Part shown: piece by piece, positions 1-10,200 of the stretch | Position numbering within the stretch: the first letter of the stretch is position 1 | How the letters are laid out: each line of letters begins with the position of its first letter | NCBI GenBank assembly: GCA_002269645.1 | Contig: NIVC01000277.1 | Coordinates: forward strand, 1-64,000 | Direction: 5' to 3' | Length of the DNA: 64,000 nucleotides | Source of the DNA: Macrostomum lignano | Lineage: Eukaryota | The notes under the pieces: generated by a model | What the model saw: only the letters and a program-made list of their open reading frames with translations | Told to the model about the DNA's origin: nothing | The model's database searches: none | Translations under genes and position numbers: made by a program

Positions 1-2946
1 CCATCATCAGACTGTCGTGTCGCCTGCCAGAACGCGTGCACATGAAAGCGAATGATGAGCCTGAACATGGTTGTAATAAAAATTGTAAACCATAGTTTTG
101 GCAATGTCCAGAATTGACGCGCCAATGATAATTGGCTTGTTAAGCAAAACTTGACGAGGAGATAGACTAACTCCGCCAAATTCTCGTTGTAAATGATAAC
201 ATCTAGGAAGCTTTCCATGCTGACATAGGACTCCAGCTTTGCAGCGTCGGTGCACATCTTGAAGCACAATCGGTCACGAACACGTTGCAGAAACTTGCCA
301 AACAAAGCATTGTTGAGTAGCTTGAACAGATCACGTTCAAATTCCGTCTTGGCTTCTATTCGTCGGCTAATGTTGCGCTCAATGTAAGAGCGTAATATTG
401 GCTTCTCGGTGAAACAGATGACGCGATAGACCCTTGTGACTCGCATCCCCAACTCGAGGTAAAGTCGCAATGCACGTGGTGCAACACATATTCGCGCTTG
501 TGCTCGACAGAACCGATGAGCTTGCGCGCAGGGCTCTTGAATGCCTTCACGTCTTGGTAACAGCTGGCAGAGGCATATCGCTCGGGTTCAGTTGTCGTTG
601 AAGTGCTGTCCAATCTTGCCGCATTTGATCCGTCAGCCGATCTTCTCTCACAATCTCGTGCCCAATCGCCAGGGAGGTCAGCAGTGCTATCGTGTAGAAA
701 CTCGGGATAATGCAGATCGACTGTGAAATAAGCTCCTCGCTCCTCAGAACAAAACTTCGTCAGCCAGTCTAGCATTTGACTCTTCACTTGCGGATTTTCG
801 AGGTAATAGCCTGCGCCGGGGGTGTTATCGCATGGTATGCGATTCACATCTCGAGCAGAAAGCCAACGAAAGTTCTTGTATGGTAGAGGTTGTACCATGC
901 AACTAGAATAGAGCGAGTTTGCATCCAAGTAAACCAAAAAGGTGTTTTCTGGTGCATTTGCCCTCAGGCTCGCAAAGTTGCCCTCGTCCCTGTCCAAATC
1001 TTGACGAATGAGCGAAACCAACGAGTTATTTGCTGTGGTTACGTGACGTGTCCCAAAGCTGAAACCGCCGCGCACAGAGCTCTCAATTTCAGCATACATG
1101 GCTGTATCAGTGAAGAGTTGAATTGGCTCTGCAAGTTGAAGCAAGCACGCCGCCAGGCTGTACATTGGAGAGCCAAGAAAATGAGCGGGATCAATTTGAT
1201 ACTCTTTGATTGCATTATTTCTGAAATTTTCAAACACGTCGCAGAGCAAAAGCACATCCAATCGCAGGTAGGCAGTAGTGTAGTCACGCAGAGTGTGGCA
1301 GCCGAATTCCTCCCAGCTGGCCTTGGCTCGAGCGTAGTCGGCGTCAGAGCAATGCTGCATTGTTAGTCTATTGAAAAACCTCTCCTTTGCTGGCAGAGAT
1401 TTTACGCTGTCCAATTTGTCCATTCGATCAAGGAACGAATAGGGAAAAACTCCCTTCTGCTGCAACGTCTCCGGTCGTAGTCTCGGGTATTGCTCCAATA
1501 GTTTGCTTGTGTGCACCAGCTGAGAAGGGAGCAGGCGTTCAGCTAGACTTGCTAGGCTAGTTGGTAAATACGCAAAAGTGTCCTTGAAGCAGATTTCAAA
1601 CCAAACGTGGTGCTGCCCATCAGCAGCAGGCAGCTTGAACTTGATAGAGAACGTTTTGAATCGCTCGCGATTTTCAGGCAAAACATAAAGTTTAACTTCT
1701 TCACCGGAAAAGGTTTCGTAAACTTGGCGAACAATAAACTTGCCATCATATGCCGACAGGTTGTGAAAATAGACCAACAGCCGGTGGCGATTCAAGCTCA
1801 ATTTGCGATTGCAGCTGACACACAAAACTCCCCTAGGCAGGCCAGTAAGATGATCGTGATCCAGGACTTGGCGTTCATCAAGCTCAAAAACGCGATTACA
1901 TAGCTGACAATGCTTGTGGCGCCGCTTCTCGACACGGTCCGTCAGATGAAGATATTTTTTAAGCAAAGGAACATATGTTTCATCCTTGGCGTGTCGGTAG
2001 ATCTCGCTTGCTAGCTGGCGGAGCTTGATCAAAAACAGCCCAATGCAATCATCTCCACCGTTGGGCCGCGAATAGATAACCGAACAGGCGGACCTTTCGC
2101 CATATAGTGAAGGCAGCCGGCTTTCAACTCCGGGACAGGCCACCACCCGATAACCGATGCAAAGCGGTTTGTGGATCTCGCGAATCTTTTGAGAGGCTCC
2201 CACATGTGGAGCGCTGGCGTCCGGCGGTGCACATAGGCATTCCATGTCGGCATAAACTACGTACAGCGCCGGCAGCCTTGCAGCATGTTCGGTAAACTCA
2301 AGACTAGCATTCTCCGGCAGAGGCATCTTCTCAATTGGCGGCCTGCGCACCTCCCGTATTTGTGGCAGCGGCTCGGACATCCAGCGGAGCGAGGACTGGC
2401 TCTCGCACCCTCCGATGCATTGGTGCTCGTTCAGAATGAAGTCCCATGATATTTTTTCCGAAAACGGAGCCAGGCAAGTTGGGCAGACACGCCGTCGTTT
2501 GCCTCGGCAGCTTAGAAGTGAGTTCAAATTACGAACAGGCATGTAGTGGCCCAGCTTGAATTTGCCATATGGTGGGATGAACAAACAGTTTGCCATGAAG
2601 CGGGCTGTCTCCGGGGAACAGTGGCGCGAAAAGTAATGCACGGCAGTCTTTGCTTCGTAATCCAAACGAATACACGCAAACTTAACCCTGGATTTTTGTT
2701 CAAAAATTTAATATATGAGCATTTGGCATGTCTCGCTGGTCCGACTTGTAATTTAGTTCCAAAATCCAATTCTCGCAAATGTTCTGTATAGCTGCTCTTC
2801 AAATGAGGACGCTTCACTTGGGCATAAAAGATGCTTGCTACGATTGCATACTTGAAGCAGTTAGGCTGCCGATTATTGTTTGGCTTCAAAAATATTACGG
2901 CTCCTCTCTTGCATCCAACCGACAACGGGACTTTAAATGTTCTGGC

Positions 2947-2981
<35 letters not shown>

Positions 2982-3750
2982 TACCACCGCCCAGCTGTTG
3001 CTCTGCCGCTGTGGAATTCCTACTGCCCGGGTTGTAGCTTGGCCGAGAACGAGACTTCCTATAGGGGCATAGCATCAGGTCAAGCTGTTCAATGCTGTCA
3101 TACTTCCAACCACTGCCACGTTTCTGGAAGCTGTCAATTTTGCTTGTCACTTCGGTGATTGCACGCATAAACCAGTCGTTGAAACTCTCCTCAGACAGTT
3201 CGCCAGTACCGGTGCCCTCTTTATCCAGTGAAATTGTAACCATGTGACTGTTGAAATATGCAGAGATTATTTCAGTTGCTGGTGAATTTAAAGCGCCTGT
3301 TGAGAGATCGGGGTGTTGCCGCAAATCCGCCAGCATCCGAAACAGCTTCACCTTGACATGCAGACATGTTCTCAACATCAGTCCTTTTTGTAAAGTCATA
3401 TTGAAAAGCCAATAGATTGGGGCGCGCAGCTGGTTCAGCTTGTCGGCAGGTAGAAGGTCGTCGGTGGTGGCGGATGTTTGCGATGGAGATTCAGCGGAAT
3501 TAGGAACAAACTGCAGAAAGTTGGCTCGCCCCTGATGCGCACTTTCTTCCAGGTGAACAGACCAACCGTCTGGTGGGTGCGCCTGAAGCTCCTCGAATGG
3601 CCCCTCCAACAGTCGATCTGGCGCAAAGCATTCTCCATGCGAGTGAGCATGCAGCGCAGCCACATTGCGGAAGGTCTTTCGACAAACCAGGCAGCGAGCT
3701 CTTGGCTGGAATAACAATTTTTTTTTCTTTAAAAAACGTGCTTTTATCAT
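1..3750 (-). CDS. Protein-primed family B DNA polymerase (pPolB), Polinton type, about 6 single-base frameshifts, C-terminus beyond window
   Basis: Reassembled from ORFs 2524-3891, 356-2665, 7-267 and intervening frames; first ATG at 3750. Motifs: N-terminal C2H2 finger (CLVC..HAH), GSGW, OTU-like NCFKYAI...GHY, endonuclease VII-like DHDHLTGLPRGVLCVSCN, ExoII FHNLSAYD, KGVFPYSF, ExoIII YLRLDVLLLCDVFENFR, motif A YLDANSLY, motif B KLLNNALFGK (in a frame not shown in the track, about 290-325), motif C GDTDS (frameshifted, about 1-25). Confidence 0.95.
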
Positions 3751-3985
3751 GGTTAATATTAAACAAATAATGCAAGAATTTTGATGATTTTTAGGACTAA
3801 AATGCAGTATGGAATTAAAAAAGAACGAACGCGCTTTGATGGCATGGCCAACAAGTAGGGAATTCCCAACTTGTTCCTTGATGCTGGTCAAGGAATAATC
3901 GAATAATCAAGGGCCAACTGTTTTATTAAATCACATTTCAGATTGTCTTCATGTAGCAATTAAGGCGAGTCAAAACGCGAGTCAC

Positions 3986-4665
3986 TCAGCCAGAAGGATT
4001 AATAATCTTGCAAACTGTGTCCACAACATCCTCAAGAGTAGTCTCTGGCAGCACTCGGATCTTGTGCACAGTTTTGAAAAGAGCAAACTGTGCATGCAGC
4101 TCCTCCCGTAGTTGTTCAAGATAACTCAGTGTAATGTGCTGCTCCCCACCTCGGTTTCGCTGTTGAATGCGCTCCAGTGCAAGCTCGGGTGTGATGTCCA
4201 GATAGATTAGTGTGGCATCAGATTGAAAGCAGTTGGTAAACATTTCATACAACCGAATCATCAGATTCAGTTCAAAGTTAGTCAACCGATCCTGTTTGTA
4301 CAACAGATTTGAAAAGGCAATTCCGGATCGTAGGTGTCGGTCCATCACTATCAGATCAATCGGCTGGCGGCCCTCCTTCACCTCGTTTGTCGCAAATTGA
4401 ACTGCGGCCATGTCGCGTCCCATCAGCTCTTGGTACACCAACGTTTGAAAAGCAAATGCTGACAGTTCACCAGAATAAAACTTCTCCAGGGCGCCGCAAA
4501 AAGGACCCTCGCTGCGGCAAAAATTTGCACCGGCAGAAAATGAGCACGCTTCCTCCAGTTGTCTAGTCTTGATCGTAGTGCCAAATTATGCAGTACGGTG
4601 GATTTGCCCGCTCCCAACAGTCCTTCAAGGATGAAGACGCTCGGTGCAAAAACGATATTTGCCAT
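3986..4665 (-). CDS. Deoxynucleoside (thymidine) kinase, dNK family; one frameshift near 4515
   Basis: P-loop ILEGLLGAGKST; LEKFYSGELSAFAFQTLVY after the frame change; MDRH (ERS-equivalent); IYLDITPELALERIQQRNRGGE lid motif; YLEQL. Confidence 0.9.
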
Positions 4666-4674
4666 TTCAGATTA

Positions 4675-5283
4675 CTAGTTGTTGGATATAGGATCGATTG
4701 ACTGCAAGATATTATGCGTTGAATTAGGAATCGAAAGCTTTAAGTATGTTTCAATACATGATAAAATAGAGGAGAGTTCTTGGGCATTTGCTGGGCCCAT
4801 TATGACCAGCTTTTTTGAACAAAACAAATTTGCAAACAAACGTTTATTCCAGCTGCAGCGCAATCGCACGGCTTGAGGAAAAGTTTCTGCATCGTAGCTC
4901 ACAGTGAAACCAATGAAACATCCAATTCTTAATTTTAGCATAAAAAATCTGTCTGTTGCGCTATAAAATTCATATTCACCAACATATGTTGAGGTTTGAA
5001 TACGTATTGAATTAAAATCCAGCTTAAAAACAGAATTGTGAATTGCCAGGAGTGTGGATATTAATTTGAGATTTGATGCACATCGAAAAATTGTAATTTT
5101 TCCACCAGGATAGATTTGCATAGTATAGCCAGCACTCGTAGCAACTCTCAGCATAGAGGGTCGTCCAAAATAGAGTTTGCAATTGAATCCGCTTTTTAGC
5201 AGTTTTAGCTGAAGCTGAAATAAATCTAGTCCATCGGAACCGCTCAAATCCAGTTGTGCGCTCCCGACACTCTGAACAATTCT
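4675..5283 (-). CDS. Divergent TATA-box-binding-protein (TBP)-fold protein, both saddle repeats; no in-frame ATG at the N-terminus
   Basis: Repeat 1: RIVQSVGSAQL..LDL...TMQIYPGGKITI, compared with TBP IQNIVGS..LDL..TALIFASGKMVV. Repeat 2: FNSIRIQT...VSYDAETFPQAVRL...LFANLFCSKKLVIMGPANAQELSSILSCIETYL, compared with TBP FTDFKIQN..SYEPELFPGLIYRM..VLLIFVSGKIVLTGAK.REEIYQAFEAIYPVL. Confidence 0.8.
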   Translation of the reverse strand, partial: RIVQSVGSAQLDLSGSDGLDLFQLQLKLLKSGFNCKLYFGRPSMLRVATSAGYTMQIYPGGKITIFRCASNLKLISTLLAIHNSVFKLDFNSIRIQTSTYVGEYEFYSATDRFFMLKLRIGCFIGFTVSYDAETFPQAVRLRCSWNKRLFANLFCSKKLVIMGPANAQELSSILSCIETYLKLSIPNSTHNILQSIDPISNN

Positions 5284-5397
5284 CTGAAAATTTCAAACCA
5301 GAAATAAGTCTGAATAAGTCGTGGTAAGACAAAGAACTTGGTCATCAGTTTATTATAATAATAATAAGTCGGGTAGTTAGCAAAAGCGCTATTGCAG

Positions 5398-5733
5398 TCA
5401 GGCTAAATGTCTCGCGGATAGCAGTAGGTAGGCAGGCGAATTGCTAAAGATAAGCACTAAGGCGAGTAAACCAGCCTTGCAGTCTAAAAGCCAAGCAGCA
5501 GATTGACGAGAAGAAAAGCGATGTAAACGACGTAGAGCATCTAATGAAAATAACAATTTGCGTTTAAAAGGATAGGCTAGAAAACCCGAGCTATATGCTT
5601 TAAAACATGTGAGGAAGTTGAATCCAAGGCGAGCCGATCTATTTAAATGTTTACGAATATTCAGGTGCTCGTCCTTGCTACTAAAAATTTGCCAGAAATA
5701 GTTAAAGTTTATGATAGTGCGAGACGTCAGACA
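5398..5733 (-). CDS. Uncharacterised ORF of about 110 aa, absent from the ORF track
   Basis: The frame is open from 5772 to a TGA at 5398 (about 125 codons). TTTTCAG is followed by CATG near 5733 in an adjacent frame, so one frameshift is needed. It fills the gap between neighbouring genes of the compact element. Confidence 0.4.
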   Translation of the reverse strand, partial: CLTSRTIINFNYFWQIFSSKDEHLNIRKHLNRSARLGFNFLTCFKAYSSGFLAYPFKRKLLFSLDALRRLHRFSSRQSAAWLLDCKAGLLALVLIFSNSPAYLLLSARHLA

Positions 5734-5772
5734 TGCTGAAAAAGTCCTCGCAGCAATGACACCAGTTGGAGC

Positions 5773-6951
5773 TTAAGCGAACAGACTGCAATCCGAATCG
5801 GATGATCTGTTGCTCGAGGCTTCAGCTCCAGCTAGCTGCTTGGCGTACGAGAGATCCTTAGAGGCGACTCGCTTTCCCGGCTGAACCGTAGGCGAACTTA
5901 CGAGCTTCTTGACTGCCGGTACTTCAGCCCAGTCGGGATCGCTTGCTGGTCCACCTTTGCAAGCAGGCTGGTTCTTAGGAGCGCTCGCGGCAGGCCTTGG
6001 ACGTTTCGAATTCTTGCTTGGTGGCGGCGGTGGTGATGAGGTTCTCCTCTTCTTCTTCGGCGTGGTGCTGCTCTCACTTCGATTCTTGCCGGTGGCAGTG
6101 AGAAGACTTGGAGTAGGCAAACTTGAAATTTTCTCCTCGTTGCTATGTTCATGCACAATCCGATACTCGGACAGAGGTCCCTGCAGGTTCCCTATCAGGC
6201 CGGTAGTGTTTCCATCAGACAGCCACACCAGAGATCGGATGCAGGCGGCAAGTCGCCAGGCTGGCGCCCCCTTCGGAAGGTAGAGCGAAGTGATTTGCAC
6301 CGTGATCTGGTAGAGTCCGCTTCGCGCTGAAGTCTCGGGGCGAAACCTCTTGGATTGTGCGGCTGCCCTCGTTGGTGGAGAATGTTGTGCATGGATAGTT
6401 GGGCTTGATGCCGATCCAGGTAATTGGGTTGGCACCGCTCGCGTCAGGACTCTTAGTGAGTCTAATGAGCCCCATTCGGTCAGATTGCTGGTGAAGTGCC
6501 TTCTCGATCGACTTCTCGATCGCTCTGGAAAGAATATGACAGATAGCAACGTAAGAAAATTGCAGTAAACTTTAATTTCTAACCTGGGATGCGGTTCACA
6601 AACCAAAGAATAGGATTGTATTTACCTCAAAGTTGAAACCAGCTGAGGGCAAATGCCCTTGGCTTGAAAACCAAGTGCGATAGCTTCTCGTCCTTCGTTG
6701 ACCGAGTGTTCTGTGCCCGCACCGCTGTCTGTTCGGTGCAAACCGCGAAAGAGTAGAATCGGCTGTTGAGACTGCAGTAGAATCGGTAGTTTCTCGTGCT
6801 TGTCGCCCACCGGAGTCCAAGAGAGAGCGCGGAACTGACAGTTGTTGGCAAACTTGGGCGAAGAAGCTGGCTCGACATGGATTGTAGGCCGCGTCTCGGG
6901 TGAAACAAACTGCTGTGCGCTTAAGACTTCTTCTTTAGCGAAAAACGCCAT
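5773..6951 (-). CDS. Spliced gene; probable OB-fold single-stranded DNA-binding protein with a basic, NLS-bearing tail
   Basis: ORF 6622-6951 joins ORF 6215-6475 in frame across a GT-AG intron; one frameshift then leads into the 5773-6606 frame. Pattern ILLQSQQPILLFRG...IALGF...LRAIEKSI...GLYQITVQITSLYL...WRLAACIRSL resembles T7 gp2.5/large-DNA-virus SSBs. The tail contains PKKKRR. The product call is tentative. Confidence 0.5.
6525..6625 (-). other. 101-nt GT-AG spliceosomal intron
   Basis: Donor AG|GTAAAT at 6625, acceptor TTCTTTCCAG| at 6525. Removal gives the continuous frame STLR-AIEKSIEKALH. Confidence 0.7.
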
Positions 6952-7005
6952 GATGGTCGGTTAGTCTCCCTCGGTCTGCTCCGGAAGATTCTAAAACACC
7001 ACTTC

Positions 7006-7013
7006 CTTATATA
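7006..7013 (-). promoter_or_regulatory. TATA box (TATATAAG) about 55 nt upstream of the first gene of the Polinton-like train
   Basis: Reverse complement of cttatata; ATG at 6951. Confidence 0.6.
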
Positions 7014-7114
7014 CTGTTTTTTGAAAAGGTTTCCGGATAGTTCACCCAAATCGTCTGAATTCTTTACTTCTCCCGAAACGCTTTTAAGCCATATCAAGCT
7101 GTAAGTTCAAACAT

Positions 7115-7297
7115 CCTGACCTTTTGATTGAACATTGCGTTCTGGGGCTTGCTTTCCCTGACATTTCGATCTGGAGCGATTTGGGGCCAGCTGTTTCACT
7201 TAAAAGTTGTCAGTTTTATCTTCCTGACCTTTTGATTGGACATTGTGTTCTGTGGCATGCTTTACCTGGAATTTCGATTTGGAACGATTTGGAGGCA
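7115..7297. repeat. Imperfect direct duplication, about 75 bp, 108-bp period
   Basis: cctgaccttttgattg(a/g)acattg... at 7115 and 7223. Confidence 0.7.
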
Positions 7298-10200
7298 ATT
7301 TATCTTTACGAACAGTTGTTTTAGAAATTTAACAACTAGCGTCGGCGGCGAGGGAAAGAGAAACTGGAGGTCTGCGCTTTGTGGAAGAGAGGAAAATTGC
7401 GCCCCAGTTGCTATCGGGAGAGGGTTGAAAATTTGTCCGAAGTTTCGGCTATCTCCCATGTATATTGCCCATGTACCAACCATACATTTTTCGTATTTAA
7501 AAAAACCCTCCGTGTCCGATTTTTATCTACTACTGTTATACGCCAAGCATATTTTCAGGTCTACTATACGCCGGAATTTTCTGGTGTATATGTAAGATTC
7601 GGGAGTGGGGCATTATCCCAGTTAATATTGAAGCAGCGTGCGTACGCACCCCCCTCACCTTCGAAAAAGAAGACCCAACTCATTTCACCTAAGTATTTAC
7701 AACACGGAGGTCTTGCATTACGAAAGTAAGAGACCTTTATATTAAACTTATCTGCATAAGAAATTAAGAAATTATCTGCATAATTTCCAACATGGCCATG
7801 GCTGAAATGTGTTTGAACAAAACAGTTTAGAATGTTGTTTCTGTTGAATTTCTAGACCACAATAGATTGCTTTTCTTCCATATCCCCTACTTTCGTTTTG
7901 AAGCCCTTTAATGGATGCTTAACATTGTCGGTCTTTTAAAACGAAACTGTATATATCAGACATTCATAGAAAATGTACCCAAGGCAGGAAACAGGATGAA
8001 ACAGATGACAGGAAAACAAATCATCTAAACCCTACGTTTCTGCAGTTTTTGTTGCTGCCACCCCTACTACCTTCGTTTTGGAAGACCTTCAATGAAATAA
8101 TAGCTTGACGGTCTTCTAAAATGAAACTGTAAAATAAACTAATAAAGGACATACAAAGCCATTAAGAATAAACAAACAAAATAATAGACAACAATATGTG
8201 AGCAGCTTCCTATGTTTAAGGTGGGTCTTCTTTTTCAAAACCGCCAGCTTCCTATTTGATACATAGAGGGTCTTCTAAAATGAAAGAATGCCGCCAATAC
8301 AATCCCAGGATTTCAATTAGGCCTAGGCCTAAATCCCAGAATTAGAAGTGTCTGGGATTCAAAAATACTGGGATTGGCCATCAGGATCCTTGCCATAGAA
8401 AATTCTGTTGCACATAAAAGTATAATACAAGATAGGAATGTCAATTCCCTAAGGAAATTTCTTATTGGAGACCTTGGGGAATTCATTGTCATTCCCCAGG
8501 GACCCTAGGGACCCTTAGGAAAAGAAAAAAATAATCAAAAATAGTGGATAACTTAGATCTTAAGTGGCATTTTTTACTTTGATTTAAGCTTTGGACTATA
8601 TGTTTAAGGTGCAAAGGCAAAAAATTTCAACAATGTTCATTTAAAACTGTATTTGACAATGTAGTAAGGTGGGGGTGGAGAAAAGAATATTAGTGTGGTT
8701 GGGCAGTTTCTAGAACTTTGAATTCCTGCCTTTGTTATCTAGCACTTGTAAAGTGGAAAGTTTCACTGAATGGTTTAAAATGCTTTTCTCCTTTGATACT
8801 CTGGTTGCCAGGTCCTCATTTCCCGGGAGAGGGTAGTTGTAATTGCAGTCAAGTGGTCTTAAGCAGGCATGGTCATTTAGATAGTTGACACAGTAGTCTT
8901 GACACTATAAATTTCACTGTTTGCTGATTTGCTTAACTGATTACTAAAAGTAGTAGATAGTAGAGTGGCACTGCTACCACTGTAATTTTGTATTATAGAA
9001 CATTGAGATCTAAGAGCTCATTCAGAGTTGAGATTAATTCAGTTATTTTAGGCCCCATGGGCAAATAACTCAAGATAACCTATTAAGGGCTTCAATTAGT
9101 TAATGAAAATAATTAATGAGCAGGCATTTATTATTTGTTTATTAATTTATATTAATAACTTTATTTATAACAATTATTTAAACCAATAATTTATTAATTA
9201 TTGATTTTCGACCAACTAAAAGATTATTATTGCTAATGAGCAAGACTGCTGGCAGAGAAGGGGTGTTTAGTAAATATAGGAGCTAGTAACTTAACTATTA
9301 ACTTGCAAACAAGGAGCTTAGTAAAGAAATGTGCTAAATGAAATCAACAGTGTACACAAGGATTATTAGGAAAATGAAAGAAGAAAACAAATAGGGTTAA
9401 CAAAGTTAAGCATGAGATGCAGCCCAAGCTGGCCCTATAAATATTAAATGAAGCTACATTGCATTGAGTGGGGCAATGGATGGGGCAAGGGATAGGGCAA
9501 GGGTTGGAAAAGGATAAGGCAAGGGATAGGGCAGCGGACAGAGCTACCAGAAAACACAAAGAAAAAAAACAAAAGATTCTTACTCTAAATGATGGGGCAA
9601 GGGATGGGGCAGGGGATGGGGCAGCAGATGATGGGAAAGGGCCATCAGTGGGTCACATTAAATTGAGTCATTCGTCAAACAGTGGTAGTTTTGCCCTACT
9701 ACAATAGCATCACCAAATCTTGCACTTACCTTTGTCAAAAAGAGTAGACTGGAGACAGAAAATATATGCTCAGCAGCTACGCTTGTGACTTGTGAGAGGA
9801 TAATTAGTGAATGAGACTTTTTAAGTATTTTTATTATTGCAATTTTTTTCTTGCAGATAAATCACCATTTTGTCCTTGTTTAATAGGGAATATTTTGTTA
9901 TTGTATGAAACCCCCTATGTATCAGTGAATGATGCAGGATGCAGTGCTGCATCTGCATCAAATGATTCAAGCCATCAATGCAGACCAACACAGTAGTCAG
10001 TAAGGCTTCTTTTTCCTAACAGTTTTCTATATGCAATTTGCTTGATTGAAAGACTACTAGTGAAAAAACATTCAAATGTGTGTTGTGTTTGAAATAATAC
10101 ATTAAAATAAGCTGTTATGCAGTAAAAAGCATAGACAGAGTTTCAACCATGAACGGTGAATCATTTTCTTATTTAAATGGCAAAACCATTATTAGGCATA

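Larger units (their letters stand above)
1..7013 (-). mobile_element. Polinton/Maverick/adintovirus-like element (replication and transcription module); left part lies outside the window, right terminus not identified
   Basis: Five tightly packed same-strand genes headed by a TATA box and ending in a Polinton-type protein-primed DNA polymerase. No integrase, ATPase or capsid gene is visible in the window. Confidence 0.85.

Noticed and set aside
7529-7534. ACTACT as the Polinton right terminus
   Set aside because: A 6-mer is expected by chance, and the other end is outside the window so a TIR cannot be tested.
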